From contig JAWSUI010000004.1 in assembly GCA_033551855.1 (NCBI GenBank), positions 2,673 through 66,672 on the forward strand: a stretch of DNA of 64,000 bases. Reading direction: 5' to 3'. Every line of letters starts with the position of its first letter. Within the stretch, counting starts at the first letter, position 1. The notes under the pieces were generated by a model. It did no database searches. It had not been told where the DNA came from and was given only the letters and a program-made list of their open reading frames with translations. Position numbers and translations under genes: made by a program. This stretch comes from Deferrisomatales bacterium. GTDB taxonomy: Bacteria > Desulfobacterota > Deferrisomatia > Deferrisomatales > JACRMM01. Positions 1-11,395 of this stretch are shown piece by piece.

Positions 1-87
1 GCCCGTACAATCCCGCTCCTTCCCCGACCGAGGTCGGGGCGGGGGATTTCCCGTGACCCGGTATGGAGCCGTAAGAGGGCTGGTCCG

Positions 88-1005
88 ATGGCTGACGAGG
101 CGTTGCGCCGAGACATCCGGAAGTTGCTGGCGGAGCGCCGGGGCGTGCTGCTCGCCCACAACTATCAGCGCCCGGAGATCCAGGAACTGGCCGACATCAC
201 CGGGGACAGCCTGGCCCTCTCCACCGAAGCCGCCCGCACGGACGCGAAGGTGATCGTGTTCTGCGGGGTGCACTTCATGGCGGAGAGCGCGGCGATCCTC
301 TCGCCGGAGAAGACCGTCCTGCTCCCCCGCATGGATGCCGGCTGCCCCATGGCCGACATGATCACGGCGGCGGACGTGCTCCGGGTGCGGGAGGAGAACC
401 CGGGGGTCCCCATCGTCACCTACGTCAACTCCTCCGCCGAGGTGAAGGCGGAGAGCGACGTGTGCTGCACCTCGGCGAACGCGGTCAAGGTGACCCGGGC
501 CACGGGAGCCCCGACGGTGTACCTCACCCCGGACCGGAACCTGGCCCAGTGGGTGGCCCGCCACACGGACCAGAACGTGCGGTTCTGGGACGGCTACTGC
601 CCCACCCACCATCGGCTGCGCGCCGAGCAGGTGCTCGAGACCCGCCGCCGGTACCCGGGGGCGCCGTTCGTGGCGCACCCGGAGTGCCGCCCCGAGGTGC
701 TGGACCTGGCCGACGCCGTGCGCAGCACGTCCGGGATGATCGCGTACTGCCGGGCGTCCGATGCCCCCACGGTGATCGTGGGCACCGAGACCGGCCTGTT
801 CCACCGCCTGCAGAAGGACAGCCCGGAAAAGACCTTCGTGGCCCCCTCGCCCGATCTCGTCTGCCCCAACATGAAGCTCACCACCCTCGAGGACGTTCGG
901 GAGGCCCTGGAGACCATGGAGAACGTGGTCGCGGTGCCCGAGGCCGTACGCACCCGGGCGGCGGCCGCCCTGGAGAAGATGCTCCAGGCGGGCCGAGACG
1001 AGTAG
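88..1005 (+). CDS. nadA: quinolinate synthase
   Basis: [31 protein letters not shown] and CPNMK motifs of NadA. Confidence 0.96.
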   Translation: MADEALRRDIRKLLAERRGVLLAHNYQRPEIQELADITGDSLALSTEAARTDAKVIVFCGVHFMAESAAILSPEKTVLLPRMDAGCPMADMITAADVLRVREENPGVPIVTYVNSSAEVKAESDVCCTSANAVKVTRATGAPTVYLTPDRNLAQWVARHTDQNVRFWDGYCPTHHRLRAEQVLETRRRYPGAPFVAHPECRPEVLDLADAVRSTSGMIAYCRASDAPTVIVGTETGLFHRLQKDSPEKTFVAPSPDLVCPNMKLTTLEDVREALETMENVVAVPEAVRTRAAAALEKMLQAGRDE

Positions 1006-1020
1006 GGGGCCGACCGTCCC

Positions 1021-4000
1021 TTGACTTCGTCGTCGTCGGACCGCACCTTCGGCCGCTTCGAGCACCTGCTGGAGGCCCTGCGGGCGGACCGCCGCGTCCG
1101 CGCCCAGGGGCTGCGGGGCTCGAGCCGCGCGTTCCTGCTGGCCCGTCTGCTCCGGGTCCTCGGCCAGCCGGTCCTCGTCCTCACCCCGACGCTCACGGAG
1201 GCCCGGCGTTTCGCGGACGAGCTGCGGTTCTTCCTGGGCACCGACGGGGAGGAGCGTTCCCCGGCCGATCCCCCCGTAGTGGTGTACCCTGGCTGGGACG
1301 CCGCCCCCTTCGAGGGGATCGCCCCCATCCCCGAGGTCTCCTCCCGCCGGATCTCCGCCCTGTACCGAGCCTCACAGCCGGACCCCTTCGCGCTGGTGGC
1401 TCCGGTGTCGGCTGTTCTGCAGAGGGCCGTGCCCCCGGGGGTGATCGACGGCGCCGGTGTTCGCCTGCGGGCGGGCGACGAGCTGGACCGGGAAGCGTTT
1501 CTCCGCCGCCTCGTGGAGGCTGGGTACCACTCGGTGGGCCAGGTGGAGGAGCGGGGGGAGGTGAGCCTGCGGGGCGGCATCGTGGACGTGTTCGCTCCCC
1601 ACTACCCCAACCCCCTGCGGATCGAGCTCTTCGGGGACCAGGTGGAGTCCCTCCGGGCCTTCGACCCGGAGACCCAGCGCTCCACCCGGCGCCTGGAGGA
1701 GGCCGTGGTGCTTCCGGCCCGGGAGGCAGTGGCCGACCCGGCGGCCCTCGAGCGGGCGTCGGTGCGGTTGCGGGCGCGGTGCCGGGAGCTGGGGCTCTCC
1801 CGCGCGCGGACCGCGGAGGCCTTGGAGGGCCTGCGCTCCGGGGGGGCGTCGCCCCTGAGGGACGTCCTGTACCCCTACTTTTCCGGTGGCGCGGTCCCTG
1901 TGTGGGCGCACCTTCCCGCGGGATCCCTCGCGGTCTTCGACGAGGCCGCCGCGGTGGAGGAGCGCGCCGGCGAGGTCTTCGAGGAGATCCGGCTGTCCCA
2001 CGCCCGGGCGCTGGAGCGCGAGCAGGCGGTCCCGGACGTCGGGGAGGTGTACCTGAGCCCCGAGGAGTGGGGGGCGTTCGGGCAAGGGGCAGGGCGCCTG
2101 GACCTGGAGGAGCTCGAGACGGAGGGGGGATCTACCCACACGATCGCCTTCTCGACCCAGTCCAACCAGGACCTGACCCTGGCCCTGCGCCAGAACCGGG
2201 GCAGCGACCGGCTCCTGACGCCGCTGGTGGAGGAGATCGCCCGCTCGCGGGAGCGGGGACAGTCCCTCTGGCTGGCGGCCCGCAGCTCGGGGGCGGTGCA
2301 GCGCCTGCGCGACCTGCTGGGCTCCTACGGGGTTCGCCTGGGGGAGGTCGAGCCGTTCCCCGAAGAGCCGCCTCGGGACGGAAAGCTCCACGTGGCGGTG
2401 GGCAAGCTGGCTCGGGGGTTCCGGTTCCCCGCCAAGGGGATCGCGGTGGTCACCGAGACCGAGATCCTGGGGGAGAAGGTGCGCCGGTCCGCGCCGGTCC
2501 AGCGCAGGGGCTTCCGCTCCACCCTGGCCGACCTCCAACCCGCCGACGCCATCGTCCACGAGGATTTCGGCGTGGGGCTCTACCGGGGTTTGGTGCGACT
2601 GGAGGTGGCCGGGGAGGAGGGGGACTACCTCCACCTGGAGTACGCCGACGGCGACCGGCTCTACCTGCCGGTCACCCGGATCGGGCTCGTCCGGAAGTAC
2701 TCGGGGCCGGGGGAGGGGCTGCCGCGCCTGGACAAGCTCGGCGGCAAGGCCTGGGAGAAGGCCCGCCGGAAGGCCCGGGAGGGCATCGAGAAGATGGCCC
2801 TCGAGCTGCTGGAGCTCTACGCGCGCCGACAGCTCGCCACCCGGCCGCCGTATCCCCCGGCGGATGTCTCCTACCGGGAGCTGGAGGCCACCTTCCCCTA
2901 CGAGGAGACCCCGGACCAGCTCTCGGCCATCGAGGACGTGCTCCGGGACCTGGACGGCCCCCATCCGATGGACCGGCTCATCTGCGGCGACGTGGGGTAC
3001 GGGAAGACCGAGGTGGCCATCCGCGCGACCTTCCGGGCGGTGACGGGCGGCCGGCAGGTGGCCGTGCTCGTCCCCACGACCGTCTTGGCTGCCCAGCACT
3101 TCCAGAGCTTCCGGAAGCGCTTCGAGGGGTATCCCCTCAACGTGGAAATGCTGTCCCGCTTCGTCTCGCCGGCGGAGCAAAAGAACATCCTGGCGCGCAT
3201 CGCCCGCGGGGGCGTCGATGTGGTGGTGGGCACCCACCGTTTGCTCCAGAGGGATCTCACCTTCAAGAACCTGGGCTTGGTGGTGGTGGACGAGGAGCAC
3301 CGGTTCGGGGTGTCCCACAAGGAACGCCTCAAGCGGTTGCGGGCCCGGGTGGACGTGCTCACCCTCTCGGCGACGCCCATTCCCAGGACCCTGAACATGG
3401 GCCTCTCGGGCGTCCGGGACCTCTCGGTGATCGAGACCCCCCCCGCGGACCGCCTGGCGGTGCGAACCACCCTGGCCCGCTTCGACGACGACGTGATCCG
3501 GGAGGCGCTGCAGCGGGAGCTCCACCGCGGGGGCCAGATCTACTTCGTGCACAACCGGGTCCAGTCCATCGAGGCTATGGCCGCCCACGTGAGCCGTCTG
3601 GTTCCGGGGGCGCGGGTGGCGATCGGGCACGGCCAGATGCGAGAGCGCGACCTGGAGCAGGTGATGGAGCGGTTCGTTGCGGGGGAGCTCGATGTGCTCG
3701 TCTGCACCGCCATCATCGAGTCGGGGCTCGACATCGCGCGGGCCAACACCATCGTCATCAACCGGGCCGATCTCTTTGGCCTGGCCGACCTCTACCAGCT
3801 CCGGGGCCGAGTGGGCCGGGCCAACCTGCGGGCCTACGCCGTGCTCCTGGTGCCGGAGGAGGCCGAGCTCACGGGCGATGCCCGCAAGCGCCTCCAGGCC
3901 CTGCAGGAGTTCACCGAGCTCGGGGCCGGTTTCAAGATCGCCACCCACGACCTGGAGATCCGGGGGGCCGGGGAGCTCCTGGGCAAGGCCCAGTCCGGGC

Positions 4001-4521
4001 AGATGGCAGCCATCGGCTTCGACCTCTACGCCGAGCTCCTGGAGGAGGCGGTGCAGCGGCTCCGGGGAGAGCCCGTGGAGAGGCCTCCCGAACCCGAGAT
4101 CCGCCTCCGGGTGCCCGCCCACTTCCCCCTGGACTACGTGGAGGACCCGCGGCAGCGCCTGGTCCTGTACGAGCGGCTCACCCGGGTGGGGGCGGTGGCC
4201 GAGGTGGACGAGCTGCGCTACGAGCTGATCGACCGCTACGGCCCCGTGCCCCTGCCGGTGGAGAACCTGCTCGAGGTGATGAAGATCCGAAGGCTCCTGC
4301 TGGACCTTCGGGCCACGGGGCTCGACTACACGGGGCGCGACCTGGTGGTGAGCTTCGGGGAGGAGCCCCGGGTGGACCCGGCCCGGGTGCTGGCCTTGGT
4401 CCGGGGGGAGCCGGGGCGATGCCGGGTGACCCCCGACAACCGGATCCTTTGGGGCGGAGGCGCCCTGGAGAGCTCCCAGGTGCTGGCGGCGGCCCGGGAG
4501 CTGTTGAACCGCCTGGGGTGA
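1021..4521 (+). CDS. mfd: transcription-repair coupling factor
   Basis: UvrB-like N-terminus, RID, GDVGYGKT Walker A, DEEH box, QLRGRVGR, DLEIRGAG, TRCF C-terminus; TTG start approximate. Confidence 0.96.
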   Translation: MTSSSSDRTFGRFEHLLEALRADRRVRAQGLRGSSRAFLLARLLRVLGQPVLVLTPTLTEARRFADELRFFLGTDGEERSPADPPVVVYPGWDAAPFEGIAPIPEVSSRRISALYRASQPDPFALVAPVSAVLQRAVPPGVIDGAGVRLRAGDELDREAFLRRLVEAGYHSVGQVEERGEVSLRGGIVDVFAPHYPNPLRIELFGDQVESLRAFDPETQRSTRRLEEAVVLPAREAVADPAALERASVRLRARCRELGLSRARTAEALEGLRSGGASPLRDVLYPYFSGGAVPVWAHLPAGSLAVFDEAAAVEERAGEVFEEIRLSHARALEREQAVPDVGEVYLSPEEWGAFGQGAGRLDLEELETEGGSTHTIAFSTQSNQDLTLALRQNRGSDRLLTPLVEEIARSRERGQSLWLAARSSGAVQRLRDLLGSYGVRLGEVEPFPEEPPRDGKLHVAVGKLARGFRFPAKGIAVVTETEILGEKVRRSAPVQRRGFRSTLADLQPADAIVHEDFGVGLYRGLVRLEVAGEEGDYLHLEYADGDRLYLPVTRIGLVRKYSGPGEGLPRLDKLGGKAWEKARRKAREGIEKMALELLELYARRQLATRPPYPPADVSYRELEATFPYEETPDQLSAIEDVLRDLDGPHPMDRLICGDVGYGKTEVAIRATFRAVTGGRQVAVLVPTTVLAAQHFQSFRKRFEGYPLNVEMLSRFVSPAEQKNILARIARGGVDVVVGTHRLLQRDLTFKNLGLVVVDEEHRFGVSHKERLKRLRARVDVLTLSATPIPRTLNMGLSGVRDLSVIETPPADRLAVRTTLARFDDDVIREALQRELHRGGQIYFVHNRVQSIEAMAAHVSRLVPGARVAIGHGQMRERDLEQVMERFVAGELDVLVCTAIIESGLDIARANTIVINRADLFGLADLYQLRGRVGRANLRAYAVLLVPEEAELTGDARKRLQALQEFTELGAGFKIATHDLEIRGAGELLGKAQSGQMAAIGFDLYAELLEEAVQRLRGEPVERPPEPEIRLRVPAHFPLDYVEDPRQRLVLYERLTRVGAVAEVDELRYELIDRYGPVPLPVENLLEVMKIRRLLLDLRATGLDYTGRDLVVSFGEEPRVDPARVLALVRGEPGRCRVTPDNRILWGGGALESSQVLAAARELLNRLG

Positions 4522-4605
4522 TGTGCTAGCGTTTTTGCCCTGTCCGGGCCCCCGAAGCTTTCTCAACCCCCGCCCTTTTCCCTCACTGCGGGCTCTCGAG
4601 GACAC

Positions 4606-5499
4606 ATGATGCGCTGGTTTCTCCTGCTGGCCTCTTTCCTGGCCGCCGTCCCCGCCGCCGGCGCGGCGGTGGACGGCCTGGCCGCCGTCGTGGACGGGCG
4701 CGTGATCACCCGCAGCGAGCTCCGTCAGGCCGTGGACCTGGCGGAGCGGACGGGGCGCGCCGAGGGGCCGGACGCCTCCGCCCAAGTCCTGGAGGGGCTG
4801 ATCGAGCAAGCGCTGGTGGAACAGGAGGCCCGGCGGCTGGGGGTCGCCGTGACCCCGGAAGAGCTGGAGCAGACCGTGGCGGACATCCGGACCCGCAACG
4901 GTCTTGACGAGGCTGCCTTCCGGGCCGTCATCGTCGGCCAGGGCATGGACTACGACGCCTACCTGGAGGAAGTCCGATCCCAGATCTTGCGGCTCAAGGT
5001 CGCAGGGCGGGCGCTGCGCTCGCAGATGCAGTTGGGGGACGAGGCCCTGCGGGAGTACTTCCTGAAGAACGTTGCGACCTTCTGCGAGCCGGACGCCGTG
5101 CGGCTCTTCCACGTCCAGGCGGGGGGGGCCCAGGCACGACAGGCGGCCGAGGCGGCCCGGGCGCGGGTGCTGGCCGGGGAGGATCCGGCCGAGGCCGCCC
5201 GGGGGGTCTCGCCGCAGGCGACGGGGACCGACATGGGGTACGTCCTGTTCGAGAATCTCTCCGACGAGGTGCGGGCTGTCCTGAACGAGGCGGGCGAGGA
5301 GGGGGTGAGCCCGGTGCTGGAGATGCGGGGGGCCTGCCACTTCTTCGTGGTGTCCGACCAGAGGAGGGGCCGCATCCCGGACTTCGAGGAGGTGCGCGAC
5401 CAGGTGCGGGAGCGCTACTTCGTGGATCGGGAGGAAGAGCTCTACCGGACGTGGATGGACACCCTCAAGGCACGGGCCCGGATCGTGAGGAAAATGTGA
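4606..5499 (+). CDS. surA: SurA-like chaperone / parvulin peptidyl-prolyl isomerase
   Basis: Signal peptide, 'VDGLAAVVDGRVIT' SurA N-domain, parvulin-like 'GTDMGY'; sits in the mfd-surA-pdxA synteny. Confidence 0.8.
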   Translation: MMRWFLLLASFLAAVPAAGAAVDGLAAVVDGRVITRSELRQAVDLAERTGRAEGPDASAQVLEGLIEQALVEQEARRLGVAVTPEELEQTVADIRTRNGLDEAAFRAVIVGQGMDYDAYLEEVRSQILRLKVAGRALRSQMQLGDEALREYFLKNVATFCEPDAVRLFHVQAGGAQARQAAEAARARVLAGEDPAEAARGVSPQATGTDMGYVLFENLSDEVRAVLNEAGEEGVSPVLEMRGACHFFVVSDQRRGRIPDFEEVRDQVRERYFVDREEELYRTWMDTLKARARIVRKM

Positions 5500-6470
5500 C
5501 CCTGACCCTCGCGCTCACCTGCGGGGAGCCTGCAGGTGTCGGCGCGGAGGTGGCCCTCAAGGCCTTGAGGGGAGGGCTTCCGGCAGGGGTGGAGCCGGTG
5601 CTCGTGGGGCCGCGCGGGGTCTGGGAGACGGCCGCGGGCCTGCTGGAACCGGGTGTCGATCTCTCTCCCTGGAGGATCCGGGAGCCCGGACCCCCCGACC
5701 TCTGCACCGATCCCGACTGGGGATGGGGACGCCCCACGGCCCGTTCGGGACGGTTGGCGGCCGCTTCGGTGGAGCTGGCCGCGCGGATGGCCCTGGCGGG
5801 GGAGGTGGACGCCCTGGTGACCGCCCCCCTCACCAAAGAGGGGCTGCAGGCGGCCGGCCGGCCGTTCCCGGGACACACGGAGCTCCTGGCCGGCCTCTGC
5901 GGGCCGGGCCATCGCCCGCTCATGCTGCTCGCAGGCCCCCGTCTGCGGGTCTTCCTCGTCACCACCCACCTGCCTCTGGCCCGGGTGCCCGGGCAGGTGA
6001 CCCGCGAGGTCGTGGTGGCCACCCTCGAGGCGGCCCACCGGGGGCTCGAGGGGGACCTGGGGGTGCCGCGGCCCCGGCTGGCCGTGTGCGGCCTGAACCC
6101 CCACGGGGGGGAAGGCGGGCTGCTGGGGGGGGAGGAGCGGGACGTGATCGCGCCCGCGGTGGCGGAGGCGCGCGGCCGCGGCATCCGAGCCGAAGGCCCG
6201 TTCCCGGCGGACAGCCTGTTCCACAGGGCTGCCGAGGGCGCGTTCGACGGTGTGGTGGCCATGTACCACGACCAGGGGCTCGTGGCCCTCAAGCTCCTCC
6301 ACTTCTGGGATGCCGTGAACGTGACCCTGGGCCTGCCCCTGGTGCGCACGAGCCCGGATCACGGCACGGCCTTCGATCTTGCGGGGCGAGGTGCGGCACG
6401 GCCCGACAGCTTTCGGGAGGCGGTGCGCTGGGCGGCGGACATCGCCCGCCGGAGGCGCGTCGCCCCGTGA
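5496..6470 (+). CDS. pdxA: 4-hydroxythreonine-4-phosphate dehydrogenase
   Basis: GEPAGVG, FPGHTE, GLNPHGGE, MYHDQG, RTSPDHGTAFD motifs; GTG overlaps the surA stop. Confidence 0.93.
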   Translation: MTLTLALTCGEPAGVGAEVALKALRGGLPAGVEPVLVGPRGVWETAAGLLEPGVDLSPWRIREPGPPDLCTDPDWGWGRPTARSGRLAAASVELAARMALAGEVDALVTAPLTKEGLQAAGRPFPGHTELLAGLCGPGHRPLMLLAGPRLRVFLVTTHLPLARVPGQVTREVVVATLEAAHRGLEGDLGVPRPRLAVCGLNPHGGEGGLLGGEERDVIAPAVAEARGRGIRAEGPFPADSLFHRAAEGAFDGVVAMYHDQGLVALKLLHFWDAVNVTLGLPLVRTSPDHGTAFDLAGRGAARPDSFREAVRWAADIARRRRVAP

Positions 6471-7888
6471 AGATCCACTTCGGCACGGACGGCTGGCGCG
6501 GGGTGATGGCCCGGGACTTCACCTTCGCCAACGTGCGCCGCGTGACCGCGGCCATCGCCGCTTACCTGGAGGGGGAGGGCACGGCCGGTCGGGGGGTGGC
6601 GGTCGGGTGGGACCGGCGCCTCCTCTCGGACCGGTTCGCGGCGGAAGGCGCCGGGGTGCTCGCCGCCCGTGGGATCCCCGTGTGGCTGACCCCCCGCCCG
6701 GAGCCCACGCCCCTCCTGTCCTGGGCGGTGCGCCGCCGGGGGCTGGCGGCGGGCATCGTGATCACCGCCTCCCACAACCCTCCCGAGTGGAACGGCGTGA
6801 AGCTCAAGGAGCCCTTCGGCGGCGCAGCCCGCGAGTCGGTGAGCCGCCGGGTCGAGGAGCTCCTGGCGGAGCGGGGGCCGGGTGACGAGGTTCCGTGCCT
6901 CCCCCTGTCCGAGGCTCGGGTGCGTGGGCTGCTCCAAGACCTGGACCCCTGGGAGGGGTATCGGGAGGCCCTGGGCCGGCTGGTCGACTTCGATGCCTTG
7001 GGCCGGGCCGGGCTCACGGTCGCCGTGGATGCGATGCACGGGTGCGGCTCCCCGGGGCTTCGCCGCCTCCTGGAGGGGGCGGGCTGCCCGGTGGTGGAGC
7101 TCCGGGGGGAGTGGAACCCCGGCTTCGGCGGGGAGGCCCCCGAACCCCTGGAGTCGCGGCTGTCGGGACTCGCTGCCGCCGTGCGGGACCGAGGGTGTGC
7201 CCTGGGGTTGGCCAACGACGGCGACGCCGACCGGATCGCGGCAGTGGACGAGCGGGGGCGCTACTTCTCGCCCCAGCGGATCCTGGCGGTGCTCCTGCGC
7301 TACCTCCGGGAGGAGAAGGGGCTGCCCGGGGGGGTCGTGAAGGCCGTTTCGGCCACGTCACTCCTGGACCTCCTGGCCGCGCGGCACGGTCTGGAGGTCA
7401 CCCTCACCCCCATCGGGTTCAAGCACATCGGCGAGGCGATGCTGGGGCGGTCGGTCCTGATCGGCGGGGAGGAGAGCGGGGGGATCGGGATCCCGGCCCA
7501 CCTGCCGGAGCGCGACGGCCTGCTCAACGCCCTCCTCCTGACGGAGATCGTAGCCCGCACGGGCCGGGGTCTTCGGGCCTATCTGCAGGAGATCTTCGAC
7601 CAGGTGGGGTACCTCACGTACGATCGGGTGGATCTTCCCCTGCCGCCCGAGTCCGCCGCCGCGGTGCGGGAGAGGGTAGCCCGCCTGGAGCCCCCGCCGA
7701 ACCTGGCCGGTGGGAGGGTCGTGGAGGTGACGCGGCTCGACGGGACCCGCTTCCTGCGGGACGACGCTTCCTGGCTCCTGCTGCGCCCCTCGGGGACCGA
7801 GCCCGTCCTGCGCCTCTACGCCGAGGCCCGGAGTGAGGGCGAGGTCGCGGCCCTGCTCCGGGAGGGGAAGCGGATGGCAACCATCTGA
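6467..7888 (+). CDS. phosphoglucomutase/phosphomannomutase family protein
   Basis: [33 protein letters not shown] motifs; GTG overlaps the pdxA stop. Confidence 0.93.
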   Translation: MKIHFGTDGWRGVMARDFTFANVRRVTAAIAAYLEGEGTAGRGVAVGWDRRLLSDRFAAEGAGVLAARGIPVWLTPRPEPTPLLSWAVRRRGLAAGIVITASHNPPEWNGVKLKEPFGGAARESVSRRVEELLAERGPGDEVPCLPLSEARVRGLLQDLDPWEGYREALGRLVDFDALGRAGLTVAVDAMHGCGSPGLRRLLEGAGCPVVELRGEWNPGFGGEAPEPLESRLSGLAAAVRDRGCALGLANDGDADRIAAVDERGRYFSPQRILAVLLRYLREEKGLPGGVVKAVSATSLLDLLAARHGLEVTLTPIGFKHIGEAMLGRSVLIGGEESGGIGIPAHLPERDGLLNALLLTEIVARTGRGLRAYLQEIFDQVGYLTYDRVDLPLPPESAAAVRERVARLEPPPNLAGGRVVEVTRLDGTRFLRDDASWLLLRPSGTEPVLRLYAEARSEGEVAALLREGKRMATI

Positions 7889-8048
7889 GGGTTGCGCGGC
7901 GTGGACTGCCCGTTGCGCGCGCCGGGCCGAGTGGGTCCGGCTTCAGGATCCCGCCGCGCCTTCCCCGTGGGAACGGAAGCCGGCAGTCCGGACGCCGCGA
8001 AAACCGAGACGCGACCTTCCGCGGGCAACCCGCAACGAGCAACCCACC

Positions 8049-10886
8049 ATGTCGTACGACGCCATCCGCATCCGGGGTGCCCGGCAGCACAACCTCAAGG
8101 ATCTCCACCTGGAGATCCCCCGGGGGCGCTTCGTGGTGATCACCGGCCTGTCGGGCTCGGGCAAGTCGAGCCTGGCCTTCGACACCCTCTACGCGGAGGG
8201 CCAGCGTCGGTACGTGGAGAGCCTGTCCGCGTACGCCCGGCAGTTCCTGGAGCAGATGGACAAGCCCGACGTGGACTCCATCGAGGGCCTCTCCCCCGCG
8301 ATTTCCATCGAGCAGAAGACCACCAGCAGGAACCCGCGCTCCACGGTGGGCACGGTCACCGAGGTGTACGACTACCTCCGGCTCCTCTACAGCCGGGTGG
8401 GGACGCCCCGCTGCACCTCCTGCGGGAAGCCCATCGCCAGCCAGACCGTGACCCAGATGGTGGACCGGGTGCTGTCCCTGCCCGCGGGCACGCGCTTCGA
8501 GGTGCTGGCTCCGGTGGTCCGGGGCCGGAAGGGGGAGCACCGGGCCCTCCTGGAGGAGCTGCGCAAGTCCGGTTTCCTGCGGATCCGGGTGGACGGTGCG
8601 GTACGGGAGCTGGAGGAGGAGATCCTCCTCGACAGGAACCGCAACCACACCCTCGAAGTGGTGGTGGACCGGCTCGCGGTGAAGCCGGAGGCGCGGTCCC
8701 GGCTGGCCGAGGCCCTGGAGCTCGCCCTCGCCCGGGCCGAGGGCGTGGCGGCGGTGGAGACGCGGCCCGGGGAGGGCGGTCCGGGCGAGAGACTCCTGTT
8801 CTCCGAGCGCTTCGCCTGCGCGGAGTGCGGGGTGTCCTTTCCCGAGATGAGCCCCCGGGCCTTCAGCTTCAACTCCCCCCACGGGGCCTGCCCCACCTGC
8901 GACGGCCTCGGCAGCCGGCTGGCGGTGGACCCCGCGCGGGTGGTCCCGGACGAGGGGAAGTCCCTGGCCGAAGGGGCGGTGGCGCCCTGGGCGGGGAAGA
9001 ACGGCGTCTTCTTCCAGCAGACCCTGCGCTCCCTGCAGAAGCACCTGGGCCTCGATCTGTCTGCGCCCTGGCGCGACCTGCCGGAGCCGGTGCGAAGGGC
9101 CGTGCTCTACGGGACCGAAGAGGCGGTGAGCTTCGCCTTCGAGTCGAAGGACTCGAGCTTCCGGTTCCAGAAGCCCTTCGAGGGGGTCGTCCCCCGGCTC
9201 GAGCGCCTGATCCGGGAAACCGGGAGCGAGGACCGCCTGGAGGAGCTGGCACCCTTCCTGGAGTCCCGGCCCTGCCCGGCTTGCGGCGGGGCGCGCCTGC
9301 GGCCCGAGAGCCGCGCGGTGACGGTGGGGGGGCGCCCCATCCACGAGGTGACGGCGCTGCCGGTGGAGGACGCCCACGACTTCTTCCGGGGTCTGACCCT
9401 GCCGCCGCGGGAGGCCGGCATCGCGGAGCGCGTCCTCAAGGAGATCCGCGACCGCGTGCGCTTCCTCCTGGACGTGGGCCTGGGCTACCTCGCCCTGGAT
9501 CGGGCCTCGGCCACCCTGTCCGGGGGCGAGAGCCAGCGCATCCGGCTGGCGACCCAGGTGGGCTCGCGTCTGACCGGGGTGCTCTACATCCTGGACGAGC
9601 CCACCATCGGCCTCCACTCCCGGGACAACGCCCGCCTGCTGCGCACCCTCGAGGAGCTGCGCGACCTCGGCAACACCGTGATCGTGGTGGAGCACGACGA
9701 GGAGACGATCCGGGCGGCGGATCACGTGATCGACATGGGCCCCGGCGCGGGGGAGCACGGGGGGCAGGTGGTCGCCCAGGGGACGCCGGCGGAGGTGGAG
9801 GCCCACCCGGCGAGCCTCACCGGAGCCTACCTCTCCGGACGCCGGTCCGTGCCCATGCCCGGGGCGCGCCGCAGCCCCAACGGGAAGGTCCTGCGGGTGC
9901 GGGGCGCCACGGGCAACAACCTGCGGTCCGTCGATATGGACCTGCCCCTGGGGCTCTTCACGGCGGTCACGGGGGTGTCCGGGTCGGGCAAGTCCACCCT
10001 CGTGGTGGAGACCCTCTTCCCGGCCGTGGCGGCGGCCTTGCACGGGGCCCGGGCCCGGCCGCTCCCCTTTGAGGCCCTCGAAGGGCTCGAGCACCTCGAC
10101 AAGGTGGTGGACGTGGACCAGTCCCCCATCGGGCGCACGCCCCGCTCGAACCCGGCGACCTACACGGGGCTCTTCGGGCCCGTCCGCGACCTCTTCGCCC
10201 GGCTGCCCGAGGCCCAGGTCCGGGGCTTCGGTAAGGGGCGGTTCTCCTTCAACGTCAAGGGGGGCCGGTGCGAGGCCTGCCAGGGGGACGGGCTCCTGAA
10301 GATCGAGATGCACTTCCTGCCCGACGTCTACGTCACCTGCGAGGAGTGCGGCGGCCGCCGGTACAACCGGGAGACCCTGGAGGTGCGGTACAAGGGCGCC
10401 ACGATCGCCGACGTCCTGGAGATGACCGTGACCCAGGCGCGGGAGTTGTTCCGCAACGTGGGCGCCGTGCGGGCCAAGCTCGACACCCTCGAGGACGTGG
10501 GGCTCGGCTACCTCCGCCTCGGCCAGTCGTCCACGACGCTCTCCGGGGGCGAGGCCCAACGGGTGAAGCTCGCCAAGGAGCTCGCCCGCCGGGCCACGGG
10601 CCGCACCCTGTACATTCTGGACGAGCCCACCACGGGCCTGCACTTCGAGGACGTGCGCAAGCTCCTGGAGGTGCTCCATCGCCTCGTGGACCAGGGCAAC
10701 ACCGTCGTGGTGATCGAGCACAACCTCGACGTGGTCAAGACCGCGGACCACGTGGTGGACCTGGGGCCGGAGGGGGGTGGGGGAGGCGGCCGGGTGGTGG
10801 CCAGCGGCCCCCCGGAGGCGGTGGCCGCCTGCGCCGAGTCCCATACCGGTCGGGCCCTGTGGCGGGTGCTGGGGTCGCCGACGTGA
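8049..10886 (+). CDS. uvrA: excinuclease ABC subunit A
   Basis: GARQHNLK, two GxSGSGKS Walker A motifs, zinc fingers, LSGGE signatures. Confidence 0.97.
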   Translation: MSYDAIRIRGARQHNLKDLHLEIPRGRFVVITGLSGSGKSSLAFDTLYAEGQRRYVESLSAYARQFLEQMDKPDVDSIEGLSPAISIEQKTTSRNPRSTVGTVTEVYDYLRLLYSRVGTPRCTSCGKPIASQTVTQMVDRVLSLPAGTRFEVLAPVVRGRKGEHRALLEELRKSGFLRIRVDGAVRELEEEILLDRNRNHTLEVVVDRLAVKPEARSRLAEALELALARAEGVAAVETRPGEGGPGERLLFSERFACAECGVSFPEMSPRAFSFNSPHGACPTCDGLGSRLAVDPARVVPDEGKSLAEGAVAPWAGKNGVFFQQTLRSLQKHLGLDLSAPWRDLPEPVRRAVLYGTEEAVSFAFESKDSSFRFQKPFEGVVPRLERLIRETGSEDRLEELAPFLESRPCPACGGARLRPESRAVTVGGRPIHEVTALPVEDAHDFFRGLTLPPREAGIAERVLKEIRDRVRFLLDVGLGYLALDRASATLSGGESQRIRLATQVGSRLTGVLYILDEPTIGLHSRDNARLLRTLEELRDLGNTVIVVEHDEETIRAADHVIDMGPGAGEHGGQVVAQGTPAEVEAHPASLTGAYLSGRRSVPMPGARRSPNGKVLRVRGATGNNLRSVDMDLPLGLFTAVTGVSGSGKSTLVVETLFPAVAAALHGARARPLPFEALEGLEHLDKVVDVDQSPIGRTPRSNPATYTGLFGPVRDLFARLPEAQVRGFGKGRFSFNVKGGRCEACQGDGLLKIEMHFLPDVYVTCEECGGRRYNRETLEVRYKGATIADVLEMTVTQARELFRNVGAVRAKLDTLEDVGLGYLRLGQSSTTLSGGEAQRVKLAKELARRATGRTLYILDEPTTGLHFEDVRKLLEVLHRLVDQGNTVVVIEHNLDVVKTADHVVDLGPEGGGGGGRVVASGPPEAVAACAESHTGRALWRVLGSPT

Positions 10887-11188
10887 CCCGCTGCCAGCGT
10901 TGCGGCGTCGAGCTCCGCCCCGGGAGCCCGAAGTACCTCCTGACCCTCCACGTGACCGCAGACTTCGACGGGACCTTGCCGGCCGAGGGGGGGATCGAGG
11001 ACCTGGAGGCCTTCATGCGGCAAGTCGACGCCCCGGATGTGGCCGAGCCGGAGAAGGACGTCTACCAGTCCCAGGGGTACCTCCTCTGCCCCGCCTGCAA
11101 GACGGCGTTCCTGGCCGACCCCCTGGGCCTGGCGCGGCGCGGCGAGCGGTCGTCGGAGGGATCCGGGGAGGGGGGGCGCGTGCACTGA
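10883..11188 (+). CDS. small hypothetical protein with two CxxC motifs (putative zinc ribbon)
   Basis: GTG overlaps the uvrA TGA; CQRC...CPAC; GC3-rich codon usage. Confidence 0.7.
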   Translation: MTRCQRCGVELRPGSPKYLLTLHVTADFDGTLPAEGGIEDLEAFMRQVDAPDVAEPEKDVYQSQGYLLCPACKTAFLADPLGLARRGERSSEGSGEGGRVH

Positions 11189-11395
11189 GGCGCCTGCGCG
11201 GGCACCGGACGGCGGCAGGGGGCCTCCTGGGGGGGCGAGGGGGTTCTCGGCGGTGGTGCGGCTCCCCCAACACGTGTACACTTCTACCCCTTTCGCCGCC
11301 TCGTTTCGGGGCAGCCCCACTCTCTCCCCCACCCCGATGCCCATGCAAGAACACCCGAAGGCCCACAGCAGCACCTTGGGGGACGCGGCCCGCTG

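Noticed and set aside
1-87. Possible NAD riboswitch upstream of nadA
   Set aside because: Only a TACAAT -10-like hexamer and one GC hairpin; I could not match a riboswitch consensus and the window cuts the region
462-5340. Very long alternative-frame and antisense ORFs (462..4529 +, 1372..5340 -, and similar at 7614..10844, 26963..30400, 47826..50549)
   Set aside because: Shadow ORFs of high-GC genes: G/P/R/A-rich, no motifs, fully overlapping well-supported genes
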